The notes below the pieces were generated by a model. The model was not told where the DNA came from. It made no database searches and saw nothing but the letters and a program-made list of their open reading frames with translations. This document shows positions 41,268-51,659 of a stretch of 64,000 bases of DNA, piece by piece; the stretch's first letter is position 1, and the number at the start of each line of letters is the position of its first letter. Source of the stretch: Candidatus Obscuribacteraceae bacterium (GTDB lineage: Bacteria > Cyanobacteriota > Vampirovibrionia > Obscuribacterales > Obscuribacteraceae). A program made the translations under genes and the position numbers. The stretch covers positions 1,280,001-1,344,000 of the forward strand of contig JBGAHS010000001.1 of assembly GCA_044226015.1 (NCBI GenBank), written 5' to 3'.

Positions 41268-42470
41268 CTACAGCAGCTCGAGTATTGTTGCCATGCCTTG
41301 CCCTACACCTATGCACATAGTAGCTAATCCGTACCGTGCTTTCTGTCTCTGCATCTGACGAGCCAGAGTACAGATAAGTCTGGCGCCACTCATGCCTAGA
41401 GGGTGCCCCAGTGCTATGGCACCACCATTGACGTTGACCTTGTCCATATCTAACTTAAGTTCATCAGCGCTTGCTAAGACTTGTGCTGCAAAAGCCTCGT
41501 TCAATTCGAATACGTCGATATCATTTACGGTTAGATTTGCTCTGTGCAGAACTTTTTGTGTTGCGGGCACGGGGCCTATGCCCATGCATGATGGGTCGAC
41601 TCCTGCGGCTGCAGCGCCTACCCAGCGAGCAATAGGCTTCAATCCGAGGTGGTTTGCTCTTCCTTCAGACATCATCAGCACAGCGCAGGCACCGTCATTG
41701 ATACCGCTTGAGTTTCCTGCTGTTACTGTTCCGCCATCTCTGAATGCTGCTTTCAGTTTTTGCAGGTCGGCTAGCGTAGTCTCTGGTCTCGGATGTTCGT
41801 CCCTGTCTACTATTTTGGGGTCACCCTTTTTCTGGGGAATGCTTACTGGAATAATCTCTTCGGCAAATATGCCAGCTTCTTGAGCCTTGCCGCATTTTTG
41901 CTGACTGCTTAGGGCAAAGGCATCTTGCCTTTCTCTGCTGATTTTATATTTCTCGGCAACATTCTCTGCTGTCTCACCCATGCTAAAAGGATGGTGCATT
42001 GCTGCCAGTTTGGGGTTAGTGAATCGCCAACCTAATGTCGTGTCGAACATTTTCAGGTCGCCTCGGGGAAAAGCAGCCTCAGGCTTCGCCATGACGAAGG
42101 GAGCTCTAGTCATAGATTCGACTCCGCCTGCTATGAATACTTCTCCTGCGCCAGTTTGAATTGATCTTGCTGCCTGAGCCACAGCCTCCATACTCGATGC
42201 ACACAGACGATTGACCGTAACACCACCGATATTGATGGGTAGTCCTGCTAGCAAGAGCGACATGCGAGCAACATTTCGATTGTCCTCGCCTGACTGGTTG
42301 GCGCAGCCAAGAATAAGATCCTCGATTTCCGCTGGGTCAACCTGGCTGTTTCTTTTCATGAGTTCAGCGATAACATGAGCCGCCAGATCGTCTGGACGAA
42401 CATCCTTTAATGTTCCACCATATCTCCCGATTGGAGTTCTGATTGCATCAACGATAACGACTTCTTTCAT
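41268..42470 (-). CDS. Acetyl-CoA C-acyltransferase (thiolase; PcaF/PaaJ-like)
   Basis: [39 protein letters not shown]. Confidence 0.93.
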   Translation of the reverse strand: MKEVVIVDAIRTPIGRYGGTLKDVRPDDLAAHVIAELMKRNSQVDPAEIEDLILGCANQSGEDNRNVARMSLLLAGLPINIGGVTVNRLCASSMEAVAQAARSIQTGAGEVFIAGGVESMTRAPFVMAKPEAAFPRGDLKMFDTTLGWRFTNPKLAAMHHPFSMGETAENVAEKYKISRERQDAFALSSQQKCGKAQEAGIFAEEIIPVSIPQKKGDPKIVDRDEHPRPETTLADLQKLKAAFRDGGTVTAGNSSGINDGACAVLMMSEGRANHLGLKPIARWVGAAAAGVDPSCMGIGPVPATQKVLHRANLTVNDIDVFELNEAFAAQVLASADELKLDMDKVNVNGGAIALGHPLGMSGARLICTLARQMQRQKARYGLATMCIGVGQGMATILELL

Positions 42471-42504
42471 TTTTGCTCCTGTTTAAGTTCGTGCTCTAAT
42501 TTTT

Positions 42505-44499
42505 CTACATTGCCAATCGAGGAGTGGCTATCCATAGCTCTTCATCTTTGCTCAGTGTGTCCAGTACATCCGCCTGAGTCTTGGGATTGCTGGCGACGGC
42601 TCTTCTAACTACTGGATTTTTGTCTTTTGACAAATTCGCAAGCACTGCTGCTGGACAATTTTTGTTTTCTGCAACAGTCATGCGCACCCAGCTTTCACTG
42701 TCAGCAGAGAGCTTCTCAAGGATGCTTGCGTCCGCCTTCGTACTTCGAGCCACTGCCGTTCTCACTTCCTGGCTAGGGTCCGCCTGTAACTGCAAGAGCA
42801 AGTCGGGAGGTGATTTCGCTTTATCAACGGATTCTGCTCGAAGATCAGCGTCGTGAGATTTTGCATACTCCTGCAACAAATCAGCCGGACAGTTTGCGTG
42901 TGAGGCAATCTGTAATTTGAGAGAGTCACCAGAAATTTTGGATAGAACGCGAATTGCATCTTCCGGCAGATCCGCCCGCGATAAGAGGAGTCTTCTGAGA
43001 ACGCCATCTTTGTCATCTGAGATTGCCACAAGTGCTTCTGCGCTCGTAGAAGGGTTTTGTGCAAGCGCTATGCGTACGTTGTCGCTATCATCTTTGCTCA
43101 AAATTGCGAAGGTGGCTGCGTCGATTCCTTTGTTTTCAGCTAGATGTTGACGGACTCGTTCCACTGAATCTTTTGTCAATACAGAAATTATGCTGCCTGG
43201 AACCTTCTCGTTGCGTGCCAGTTCTCCTCTAACTACCGACGAACTGTCCTTTACCAAAATGCTAGCGGAATTGGAGCGGATTTTAGGGTTGCTAGCTAAC
43301 AAGCGTCTCACCAGTGGTGAAGTGCTGTTTGCAATTTTTTCTTCCAGCTCTGGGCTCAAGTCTGCACGAGACGCAAGCCCTTGTAAAACAGCCAGAACCT
43401 TATCATTTACCAGGCTTGAAGCTGTCTTCGCGTCCAAGCTCGGATTTAGTGAGACTGCGGTGCGTACCAGAGGATCTTTGTCTGCGGCTAAAATTGTGAG
43501 AGTCTCCACAGAAGTGCTCTTGTTGTGAGCCACTGCTTCCCTGACGCCAGGATTTGAGTCCTTCGCCAGCAGCTGTAGCACTGTCAGTGGTGCGCCAGGG
43601 TTCACTGCGAGGTCCATCCGGACCTCATAATCGGAGTCTTTGTCCAGCTTGTCGAACACCTCTTTGGGAGTCGCTTTGTTACAGGCAATTGCTTGTCTGA
43701 CAATGAGATTATTGTCCGCGGACAAATTAATCAGTGCTTGTGATGGAGTATTTGGGTTTGCTGCACAAAATGCCTTAACACCCAAATCACCATCGTTTGA
43801 TAGGGTCAACAAAACGTTTGAGTGAGCATTGTTTTGCTTGGCTAGGAATGTGCGCAACATTCTGTCGCCAGTTTTCGCCAGACGTTCCTGGACATCAATT
43901 GGTGTGTTGGGATTGCGTGCCAGTGCAAGTAAAAGATATTCAGTTATCACAGGACTGACCACCAACTTTCGCAGTAGGTCCGCTGGCGTTTTGCGGTGCG
44001 ACGCTAAGAGTTCGTATGTTGAAGGGGGCTGTCCGCTCGTCAATTTCTCAAGAATTTCGCGAGAGGGGAAATTAGGTCCTCGAAGGAGTGCTTCTCTTAC
44101 GCGCTCGTCTTCATCGTTTACTAGCTGAGCCTGCAGAGCGGTGGAACAAGATGGATTTGCGATGACAGCCATCTTTACCAGCGCTGATTCATCTTTGGCG
44201 AGATTCTGCAGTGTTGAGGAGGACGTTGACGGATTTTGTGCAACCGCCATTTTGATGTGCTGTGCTGGAATCGTTATTCCGGCTGGAAGCAAGGATTGTC
44301 GGGCAGTGCTTTGCAGCGGATTATCAGCAGTCTGAGAGCCCTGTTCCGCTTGACTGATGAGGACATGGTCCACATTTCGGGATGCGTTTGCGTTTAGTTC
44401 TGTTGCAGCAAGTGTTTGACCTTGCGTCGTTGCCATAAAGCTGAACGATAAGGCAATCAACAGTTTTGCCCTGTCCGTGGACATTTCGAGCCTCCTCAA
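42505..44499 (-). CDS. Exported leucine-rich-variant (LRV)/HEAT repeat protein
   Basis: Many ~24-aa repeats of type VRxAVAxNPxTPxxxLxxLAxD; signal-like N-terminus. Confidence 0.85.
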   Translation of the reverse strand: MRRLEMSTDRAKLLIALSFSFMATTQGQTLAATELNANASRNVDHVLISQAEQGSQTADNPLQSTARQSLLPAGITIPAQHIKMAVAQNPSTSSSTLQNLAKDESALVKMAVIANPSCSTALQAQLVNDEDERVREALLRGPNFPSREILEKLTSGQPPSTYELLASHRKTPADLLRKLVVSPVITEYLLLALARNPNTPIDVQERLAKTGDRMLRTFLAKQNNAHSNVLLTLSNDGDLGVKAFCAANPNTPSQALINLSADNNLIVRQAIACNKATPKEVFDKLDKDSDYEVRMDLAVNPGAPLTVLQLLAKDSNPGVREAVAHNKSTSVETLTILAADKDPLVRTAVSLNPSLDAKTASSLVNDKVLAVLQGLASRADLSPELEEKIANSTSPLVRRLLASNPKIRSNSASILVKDSSSVVRGELARNEKVPGSIISVLTKDSVERVRQHLAENKGIDAATFAILSKDDSDNVRIALAQNPSTSAEALVAISDDKDGVLRRLLLSRADLPEDAIRVLSKISGDSLKLQIASHANCPADLLQEYAKSHDADLRAESVDKAKSPPDLLLQLQADPSQEVRTAVARSTKADASILEKLSADSESWVRMTVAENKNCPAAVLANLSKDKNPVVRRAVASNPKTQADVLDTLSKDEELWIATPRLAM

Positions 44500-44613
44500 T
44501 CTGAGCTGCGGTAGGCTGCTAATTATAGACTAGTACAGCGTTTTCCATATTATTGATGGCTGTTTACAACGCTCTGCCTTGCTCGATTTTCAAGAAGCTT
44601 TAAGCTCTTGCAA

Positions 44614-47067
44614 CTACTGCCTTTCTGGCTTTTTGGACGGCGGCATTTTGTTTTGTGTATTTTGATTAGAGTTGTTTGGCTTTTGTGGAAGGGGAGGCAT
44701 TTTTGGAGGTCTTGGCATGGATGGTTCGCTAGGAGCTGCCGGACTTGGCACCGTATTCGGTGGCGGTTGAGTTTCTCCGGCGCCTGGCTTCTTCGGAGGC
44801 GAGTTGTGATTAGCGGTTGATTTAGTGGTCGGCATGCTGCGGTTTAAGCTTGAAGCTTCAGACTGCATACTTGCTGATGGTAAATTTTGATTTGCGCTTT
44901 GTGGCTTAACTGGGGGCATGTTTTGATTTGAACTTGCAGGCTTAGCTGGGGGCATGTTTTGATTTGAAGTCGCTGGACTTAATGCATGTATGTTTCGATG
45001 CGAATTTTTCGGGCTCGCTTCAGGCGTGTTCTGATTTGAATTTGCAGAATTGGAATTGACTGAAGGTAGATTCTGGCTAGAACTGCTTCCATTGTTCATT
45101 CTGGGCAGCTGTGGGCTATGTCTGCTTTCGGTTGCTTTGATCGCTTTCAAGCCCGTGTTCGAATCATTTGGAGCGAGCGGAATTTCTGAATGCGAATCGC
45201 TAGGAAAGCGATAATGCCGCCCGATAAGTTGCTTCAGTTCTGAAAGCTCTAGCTCTTGTGCTGCATGCTCAACATACTTTGCTTGCCAACCGTCGAGCGC
45301 TTTTCCGAGATTTGAAAGTGATAAAGCTGAAGCTTTAGCTGCGGCGAGGTTCACTCCGACCTCGCAGTGGTTAAGCGTAAGGGCCCGTGAGATAGCCGAG
45401 TAGCCCTGGCTTTCTCTTAGCGCGATTTTCAACAAAGCTTCGGAATGTTCTGAGCCTATGCGCGAACTGACTATAGATATGATCTTGCGAAAGTTTGCTA
45501 GCGGTTGAGACAGGTCTTGAGATACGACTCGCATTAACTCGTAATGTATTAATCTAGAAATAGCAAATGCGACCTGGCATGATGTAACGTTTCCGATCTG
45601 TCTGATGATATCAGATACGGTGCTCAGCCCATCTGCGGCGCGCCACACAGACCGCATCGCCTCCATTTCATCGGGACTTAATTCATATGCTTCCTGAGGG
45701 TCGGACAGTGTCTGTGCCAGCAGCCCCTGTCTATCGGGAAGTTTCTCCAGTACGCTCTTATCTCTTAGAGCCATTTTTTTCCAAACAGACTCGATGTTGT
45801 CGCTTGCTAGAGCTGAATCTAGCAGTAATTTGTCGAGCGGTCGGGTTATTTTGCAATCTTCAGTTGAAATATCGGGAGGCGCTGGACGTTCCATGTAAAC
45901 AAAAACGCCTTCTTTCCATACAGAAACAAACTCTGTGACGGCGTTGTTTGCCCGAAGTTTATTTAGCTTGGCGAATGTTAATCGTCCCTGGTCGAAAACA
46001 GCTTTAAATGACTGATCTTTGTAATCAACGACAACCACCCCACTAGCTCTGTTGCTGGCAAGGTTTTGCAATACGCCTGCAGCGTCTGTGGTTCCAAGAT
46101 TACCTATAAGGGACTGTACGTGTCCTTCGTCATACTCGACTCTGACTTTTTCATTTTCTGTGTCTCGAATTTGCCCAAAGAATGATAGGTCTTGCAACGC
46201 TAACTCAAGCTGTCTTGCGCTCATGAATCCCTTTGCTACAGCCATAGAGCCTATTGACAGACGAGTCTTTTTCGTCTGCAGCATTGCGCTTTGCACTTCG
46301 TCTAATTGATCGCGCGTTAGCAATTGAGATTCGATCAAGTAATCTTTCAACTTGAACTGCCTTCCGTTTTGGAAGTTCTGAACTAGAAAAGGAATCTTCG
46401 CAAATATGGGGTAGATGGCTCGCATCTTTTCCAATTTCTTCAGCTCTTTCTGCAGTGACTCGAAGTCATATTCAGAAACAAATCGTTGCGCCAGTGTATG
46501 GAGGGGCGTGTAATTGTCGATTGCCAGAAGCACAGCCTTATTGTGATTGCGTTTTTCAGAACCTGTCTTGAGCTTGATACCGTATGTGGTTAGAACTGGA
46601 ATTGACGTGAGTAATATTTGCTCTGCTAAATTTGTGCTTTCTCTGCGGACCTCAATTGATTGACCCATGGCTTGTTGAATACTTTTAGCAATCAAGCTGG
46701 AGTAGTCATAGACTGCGGAAAAAGATTCAAAGACATGAAATGATAAGAACCCCGTTTGCTTCTCTTTTATAAACGCGGCGGCTCTGTCCTTCGTAATGAA
46801 AACGAGTGCTCCTTGAACTGCCAGGAAAATTTTTGCGAAAGCGGATGCGTTTACCAGAAACTCTGCGGGGAAAAGCAGCCCGGACTCAATTGTTTTCACT
46901 ATGACAATGTCAAAGAGTCTTCTTGATTGCGTTAGTGCCTCGAGTTCTTCCAAGGTTCGAGGACCGAACTGCATAACCGCAATGTTCTCATCGGAGACCG
47001 CCCGTAGACGCATGGTTATGTCGTCTACATCGCATGAATCAAGCCAGCTTCCGGGATCATTTGACAT
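44614..47067 (-). CDS. Multidomain protein: MshEN-like repeat + DUF4388 (PATAN-like) + low-complexity tail
   Basis: KLKDYLIESQLLTRDQLDEV...SIGSMAVAKGFMSARQLELAL; GNLGTTDAAGVLQNLASNRASG...VFDQGRLTFA...WKEGVF. Confidence 0.7.
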   Translation of the reverse strand: MSNDPGSWLDSCDVDDITMRLRAVSDENIAVMQFGPRTLEELEALTQSRRLFDIVIVKTIESGLLFPAEFLVNASAFAKIFLAVQGALVFITKDRAAAFIKEKQTGFLSFHVFESFSAVYDYSSLIAKSIQQAMGQSIEVRRESTNLAEQILLTSIPVLTTYGIKLKTGSEKRNHNKAVLLAIDNYTPLHTLAQRFVSEYDFESLQKELKKLEKMRAIYPIFAKIPFLVQNFQNGRQFKLKDYLIESQLLTRDQLDEVQSAMLQTKKTRLSIGSMAVAKGFMSARQLELALQDLSFFGQIRDTENEKVRVEYDEGHVQSLIGNLGTTDAAGVLQNLASNRASGVVVVDYKDQSFKAVFDQGRLTFAKLNKLRANNAVTEFVSVWKEGVFVYMERPAPPDISTEDCKITRPLDKLLLDSALASDNIESVWKKMALRDKSVLEKLPDRQGLLAQTLSDPQEAYELSPDEMEAMRSVWRAADGLSTVSDIIRQIGNVTSCQVAFAISRLIHYELMRVVSQDLSQPLANFRKIISIVSSRIGSEHSEALLKIALRESQGYSAISRALTLNHCEVGVNLAAAKASALSLSNLGKALDGWQAKYVEHAAQELELSELKQLIGRHYRFPSDSHSEIPLAPNDSNTGLKAIKATESRHSPQLPRMNNGSSSSQNLPSVNSNSANSNQNTPEASPKNSHRNIHALSPATSNQNMPPAKPASSNQNMPPVKPQSANQNLPSASMQSEASSLNRSMPTTKSTANHNSPPKKPGAGETQPPPNTVPSPAAPSEPSMPRPPKMPPLPQKPNNSNQNTQNKMPPSKKPERQ

Positions 47068-47330
47068 GCAAAAAAAATCTCTGAGACTTATGATGAAGTT
47101 ATTCCCGATATCTCATTTCTGTCGCTGAGTTTTCCGACATCCCTCTCTAATATTTGTTAATGCTGAGGCCGGCTTTCGGAATCTCTTCGTAGCGTTGGGG
47201 TTGGGGGATTCGCTATGTTTGCCCAACTGGGCCAGACATTCTTAATTATCAGCAGTTCGCTTGGGCTGGGTATATTTACTAGCATTGATTGGTTCTATAA
47301 TCTAAACGTCAGTCCCCCCTTAAAGTAGTC

Positions 47331-48023
47331 ATGGCAAAGATTCTCCTCGTTGAAGATGATAAAACCATCGGCAAGTTGGTTGCTCTCCAGCTTGAAAGAG
47401 AGCATCATCTCGTAGAACGTGTTGATACGGGGAAGGACGCGCTATTTAATCTTCGCGTTCATGATTTTGACCTTGTAATTCTTGACTGGATGTTGCCTGA
47501 TCTGAGCGGCTTGGAAGTATGCAAGGGATATCGTGATGGTGGCGGAAAGAGTCCTATCCTCATGTTGACTGCCCGAGGGGAAGCCCAGGATAAAGTCAGT
47601 GCGCTTGACACTGGCGCTGATGACTACCTTGTGAAACCTTTTGTGCCAGAAGAACTTCTGGCTCGTGTCAGAGCTCTATTACGTCGTCCCAACTTGATGA
47701 CTGGCAAGCAAATTTCTGTGCAGGACATTGTCCTAGACACAGCCAGCCGCCAAATAACTCGCTCTGGCAATCATGTTGAATTAACGGCAAAGGAATTTGC
47801 GCTTTTAGAATTGTTGATGAGGCATCCTAACCAGAGTTTCAGTGTGGAAGCTATTCTTGATAGGCTCTGGAAGTCAGAGACAACTGCATCGTTGGAAACA
47901 GTTCGTACACATGTCAAAACCTTGAGACGCAAGTTGGGCGATAGCGAAGAGAGCCCAATTATCAGAACTAAGCGAGGACTGGGATATCGCATAGTCAGCG
48001 ATGAGGCAAATGCCAGGGATTAA
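47331..48023 (+). CDS. OmpR/PhoB-family response regulator (no adjacent kinase)
   Basis: LLVEDD, ILDWMLP, GADDYLVKPF, LTAKEF, RGLGY. Confidence 0.95.
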   Translation: MAKILLVEDDKTIGKLVALQLEREHHLVERVDTGKDALFNLRVHDFDLVILDWMLPDLSGLEVCKGYRDGGGKSPILMLTARGEAQDKVSALDTGADDYLVKPFVPEELLARVRALLRRPNLMTGKQISVQDIVLDTASRQITRSGNHVELTAKEFALLELLMRHPNQSFSVEAILDRLWKSETTASLETVRTHVKTLRRKLGDSEESPIIRTKRGLGYRIVSDEANARD

Positions 48024-48859
48024 GGCGTTCTGTTACGAACTTCTCTAGCTTCGGTTTCTGCCGCATCGGCATCGCCACTGCGATTCTGACTCTTGTAAAA
48101 CGCCGCGAGATTGTTAAGTGCTTCTGAGAGTTCTTGAGAGTTGCCTTTGTGCTTGCGCACTGTGTTTACGTAAGTTTTGAACATTGATTCTGCTTCAACG
48201 ACATTGCCTTCCTTATATAACACCTGAGCGAGGCTTCTTTGACTTTCCGCAAGCACGCTTGATGAATCTGGACTGTAGCTGAGCAGGTTGCCAGCATTGG
48301 CGCCACCGTTTTCGTTTATCTGAACGACCCGTTTCAAAATTCGCTCAGCATCGGAATATCGACCCTGCCTGGTGTACAAGGTGGCAAGACTGCTGAGTGT
48401 GTTGGAGACTTCAATTGAGCCAGGCAAGCTCGTCGGATTTTGCAAAACGTTTGAAACAAACGTCCTGGTATTCAAAAATTCGCCGTTGGAGTCACTTAGG
48501 GCGCCGGAGTATCCGCTGGTGATTATGAGTGAGCGAATGAGGAAGTGCTCGGCGTCGCTGAGTCTGTTGTTATTCATATAAAACGTGCCAAGCAGGCGCG
48601 CCGTCTTTCCGGAGACGGAGGACATAGCTCCTGCGCCTCGGACAGATAAGGTTAATGCCTGATTCAGCTTAGTTTCTGCTGTTGAGATATCGCCTTCGCC
48701 GTTAGCCTTTTGTGATTCTTCAATCAGGTTGTTAACGTCGGAGATTGTGTCAGCAAGCGAGGCTGGTGGAACTGTTAGCATGATAATTAGCAAGCCCACT
48801 GCAAAAAAGCAGGACTTAGTCCATGAGCGCCCGGTGAAGTTGTTTGCCAGTCCAAGCAT
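48020..48859 (-). CDS. Exported TPR protein
   Basis: Signal-like N-terminus; TLSSLATLYTRQGRYSDAE and ALNNLAAFYKSQNR repeats. Confidence 0.8.
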   Translation of the reverse strand: MLGLANNFTGRSWTKSCFFAVGLLIIMLTVPPASLADTISDVNNLIEESQKANGEGDISTAETKLNQALTLSVRGAGAMSSVSGKTARLLGTFYMNNNRLSDAEHFLIRSLIITSGYSGALSDSNGEFLNTRTFVSNVLQNPTSLPGSIEVSNTLSSLATLYTRQGRYSDAERILKRVVQINENGGANAGNLLSYSPDSSSVLAESQRSLAQVLYKEGNVVEAESMFKTYVNTVRKHKGNSQELSEALNNLAAFYKSQNRSGDADAAETEAREVRNRTP

Positions 48860-51659
48860 GTTTTTCCAGTTTTGAATCGAGCTCTTTGAAGATGGGCAGT
48901 TCCAATTCGCTCAATCTATGAGTCTCGCTTTTATTATAGAGGAGTCTTCTCAGTCTCTGGTTGCAAACTATAACAATCTTGTTAGGAGCATTTTGTCTGC
49001 ATAAGAACTGAGGGGAGTTAGCGAAGAGTTTCTGCTGTGTTTTGTTGAGTTTGGTAGAAAGGTAGTTGCTGAGTGAGGTTTCTAATTCAGTTTCCAGCCA
49101 GTTTTGTAGAGCTTCTCTCATTTCGGGAAAAGGGCGTTCAAGTTCGAGTTCTTTAATCGCATTTTCCTGCTGGCGAAGAAATTCTCTAATCACAAGTTCA
49201 GCAAATTCTCTTTTGTTTTGAACGAAAAGCCTTGTTTTTTGTTTTGCGCTTTGTTTCTCGATGATAAGGCTTTCCAAAATGGAAAATTCACTAGCAGAGC
49301 ATTGGAAGCTCTCTTTTATAGAATTCAAAATAAGAGCGTCAAGCTGCTGCTCAAGGCTTTCCAATTGGCTTGCTGCTTTGTTCTGTTCTCTGATAATTTC
49401 GTCGCAAATTTTTTCCGCGTCGTCGTTTTTGGAGAGCTGGATGATTCTTTTGTCTGCGGAGTAGTGCAGGCGAGTTTCATCAAAGAATTGAATTGTTTCT
49501 TTTGCCTGCAGCGCCTGGCCTGCGATCTTCTCTAATTCTTTTCTGCCGTCATTGCCAATTTGCAGTAAGGGAATCTGTTTGATATCGCCCACCTGGCAAT
49601 TGAAGGTAGGGTTAAGCAGTGCCATGCAAAGTCCAGCGAAACTTGAGTTTAGATAGGAGAGCATGTATGCGAGATCCGCCTGGTTCGCGAAGAAAAGGGC
49701 TGAGCCTCCGACATCGAATATTGCTCTTTCCGTCATTTTTCTAACCGCAAAAGCGCCGGTTGAGACGAATGAAAAAGTCAGTCCTTCTCTAAAATAGTAT
49801 TGTTCGTTTTTTACTACCCAGGACGTTTTTCCTTTGAGATAGGGATAATTTGTCTCGACAGCTGCTTTAATATCGCTACCGTCTTTGCCCCAATCTACCA
49901 CTGTTTGGCAGGCGGCCTGCCATCTTTCGCTGCCGGCACCTTTAATGTAGGGATGCCAGCGAACACTAATTTCTTCAGGCAAGACGTCCCACCAAAATCT
50001 GACAAAACGGTCATTATCACTGGTGGCTAGTCCTTGTTTGACCTCTGCTATTTCGCCAAGCTTTGCGGCATCATTCATGATGCGCTGGAGGATTGATGGA
50101 CATTTGTAGTTAAAGGCGTAGGCGCGATTTTCAGAGAGCGTTTCATAACTTAGGGTTTGGAATTTCTGTTCTGAATTATCGTCACAAGCGAGTTGCAGTG
50201 CCTGCTGTTTGTCGCTGCATTTACTGATGTCTAGAAACTCTGCCGAGCTTCTGTCTGATGAATTAAGAGAGTCAGTTTCGTCTGGCTCATTTGGTTTTCG
50301 TGCGGATTTTGCAGGTGTTGATTTGCTCGTTTTCGCGTCGGCGATTTGTGCTTTGGCTTCGAGCTGGGGCGCCGCCTGGGGAGCTGCCTGGGGAGCCGCA
50401 GTTTGCTCAAGCACAATCAGCATGCTATTTATTTTCTCTCCTGCCACGAGTGGAAATACACCAGTGCCTAATTCCACTACGGAGAGTAAGTGGTTCCTGT
50501 TGAGCAATTCTTTTCTGAGTTCACCATAACTGGGAAGAAACAGTAAGGATGATTGTGTAATGAATGACACTCGCCCGGATGGCTTGCAAAGCTCGAGTGC
50601 GCGAACAAGAAATGCTGCGCTTATATCATTGTGAGCTGTTGGGTATTCTGCTTTCAAAAATTGTTTGAGTCGGCGGTCGAGTAGTCGTCTACCAATGTAT
50701 GGGGGATTGCTAATTACAGCATCATATTTTTTTGAAAGAGTGTGATTGCTATGCCATTCTCGGTTTAATGAGCCTGTTTCTACATCTGAGTGGTTCTTAC
50801 TTGCGATGGAAACATCAGTTAGATTTAGCGATAACGAGAGGAGAAACTTCTCGCCTTGCTCTTCAGTTAAATGGCTCAGAGCTTTTAGCGCCAAAGCGAA
50901 GCCGCAAACCCAAAGAGCCTGAGAATCTAAATCGCTGCCATGAATGCAATTATTCAAAATGTTGCTTGTCGAAAACTCTGGGGATAATCCTTCAAGCTGA
51001 TGCAACTCATACAAAAGATCGAATGCTGCTAGAAGGAGGTGTCCTGAGCCTGCCGCGGGGTCTATGACTCTCAAGTTCGCGGCAGGGGAGGTTTCCGACG
51101 ACAGTTCTCTCCTATATATACTTTTGAAGTTCGTTTGTTTCTCCCTTGCAAATTGCCAGCGTGGCAAGATTGAGTTTGCTGCAAGATAGGCAGCAATCCA
51201 TCGTGGTGTGTAGAGTTGCGTAAAGTGGATGAGATCTTCTTTTTCACTTTTCTTGTCTGCGCTCTGAATTCTATCAAGGGCTTTTCTTCGAGCTGATTCG
51301 CAACTGAACTGATAAAAGTAGCCCGCAAAGTTTTCGTCGAATTGATCAAGTGTTTCGGATTTCTTTCGAAGTTGCCTCGCAAGTTCATGCAAGTTCGCCT
51401 CTCTAACGTTGTGTTCCGCTGGGATTTTGCTTTTGAAGTTTTCATCCAGAGAAGCTACAAGTTTCAAAATCTGTGTAGTACTAACTTTGTTTGCAATGCC
51501 CTGCTTCTCTCGTCTGCGAATTGCTTCTGCGATCAGCAGTTCTTCAAGCGAAAACTCGCTACTGCTCTCGCTTCCGCCAGCAGACTTCTGCAAATTGAAA
51601 TAGAACTTTCGCAATGACGAGAGAAACTTTTTGGCATCGTCCAATGAAGTCGTTGGCAT
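48816..51659 (-). CDS. BREX PglX(BrxX)-like N6-adenine DNA methyltransferase; likely start ATG 51659 (track ORF starts 51707)
   Basis: FTQLYTPRWI, DPAAGSGH, NPPY, QGLATSDNDRFVRFWW, NEQYYFREGLTFS, IFDVGG; TAATG coupling to the upstream gene. Confidence 0.85.
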   Translation of the reverse strand: MPTTSLDDAKKFLSSLRKFYFNLQKSAGGSESSSEFSLEELLIAEAIRRREKQGIANKVSTTQILKLVASLDENFKSKIPAEHNVREANLHELARQLRKKSETLDQFDENFAGYFYQFSCESARRKALDRIQSADKKSEKEDLIHFTQLYTPRWIAAYLAANSILPRWQFAREKQTNFKSIYRRELSSETSPAANLRVIDPAAGSGHLLLAAFDLLYELHQLEGLSPEFSTSNILNNCIHGSDLDSQALWVCGFALALKALSHLTEEQGEKFLLSLSLNLTDVSIASKNHSDVETGSLNREWHSNHTLSKKYDAVISNPPYIGRRLLDRRLKQFLKAEYPTAHNDISAAFLVRALELCKPSGRVSFITQSSLLFLPSYGELRKELLNRNHLLSVVELGTGVFPLVAGEKINSMLIVLEQTAAPQAAPQAAPQLEAKAQIADAKTSKSTPAKSARKPNEPDETDSLNSSDRSSAEFLDISKCSDKQQALQLACDDNSEQKFQTLSYETLSENRAYAFNYKCPSILQRIMNDAAKLGEIAEVKQGLATSDNDRFVRFWWDVLPEEISVRWHPYIKGAGSERWQAACQTVVDWGKDGSDIKAAVETNYPYLKGKTSWVVKNEQYYFREGLTFSFVSTGAFAVRKMTERAIFDVGGSALFFANQADLAYMLSYLNSSFAGLCMALLNPTFNCQVGDIKQIPLLQIGNDGRKELEKIAGQALQAKETIQFFDETRLHYSADKRIIQLSKNDDAEKICDEIIREQNKAASQLESLEQQLDALILNSIKESFQCSASEFSILESLIIEKQSAKQKTRLFVQNKREFAELVIREFLRQQENAIKELELERPFPEMREALQNWLETELETSLSNYLSTKLNKTQQKLFANSPQFLCRQNAPNKIVIVCNQRLRRLLYNKSETHRLSELELPIFKELDSKLEKHAWTGKQLHRALMD

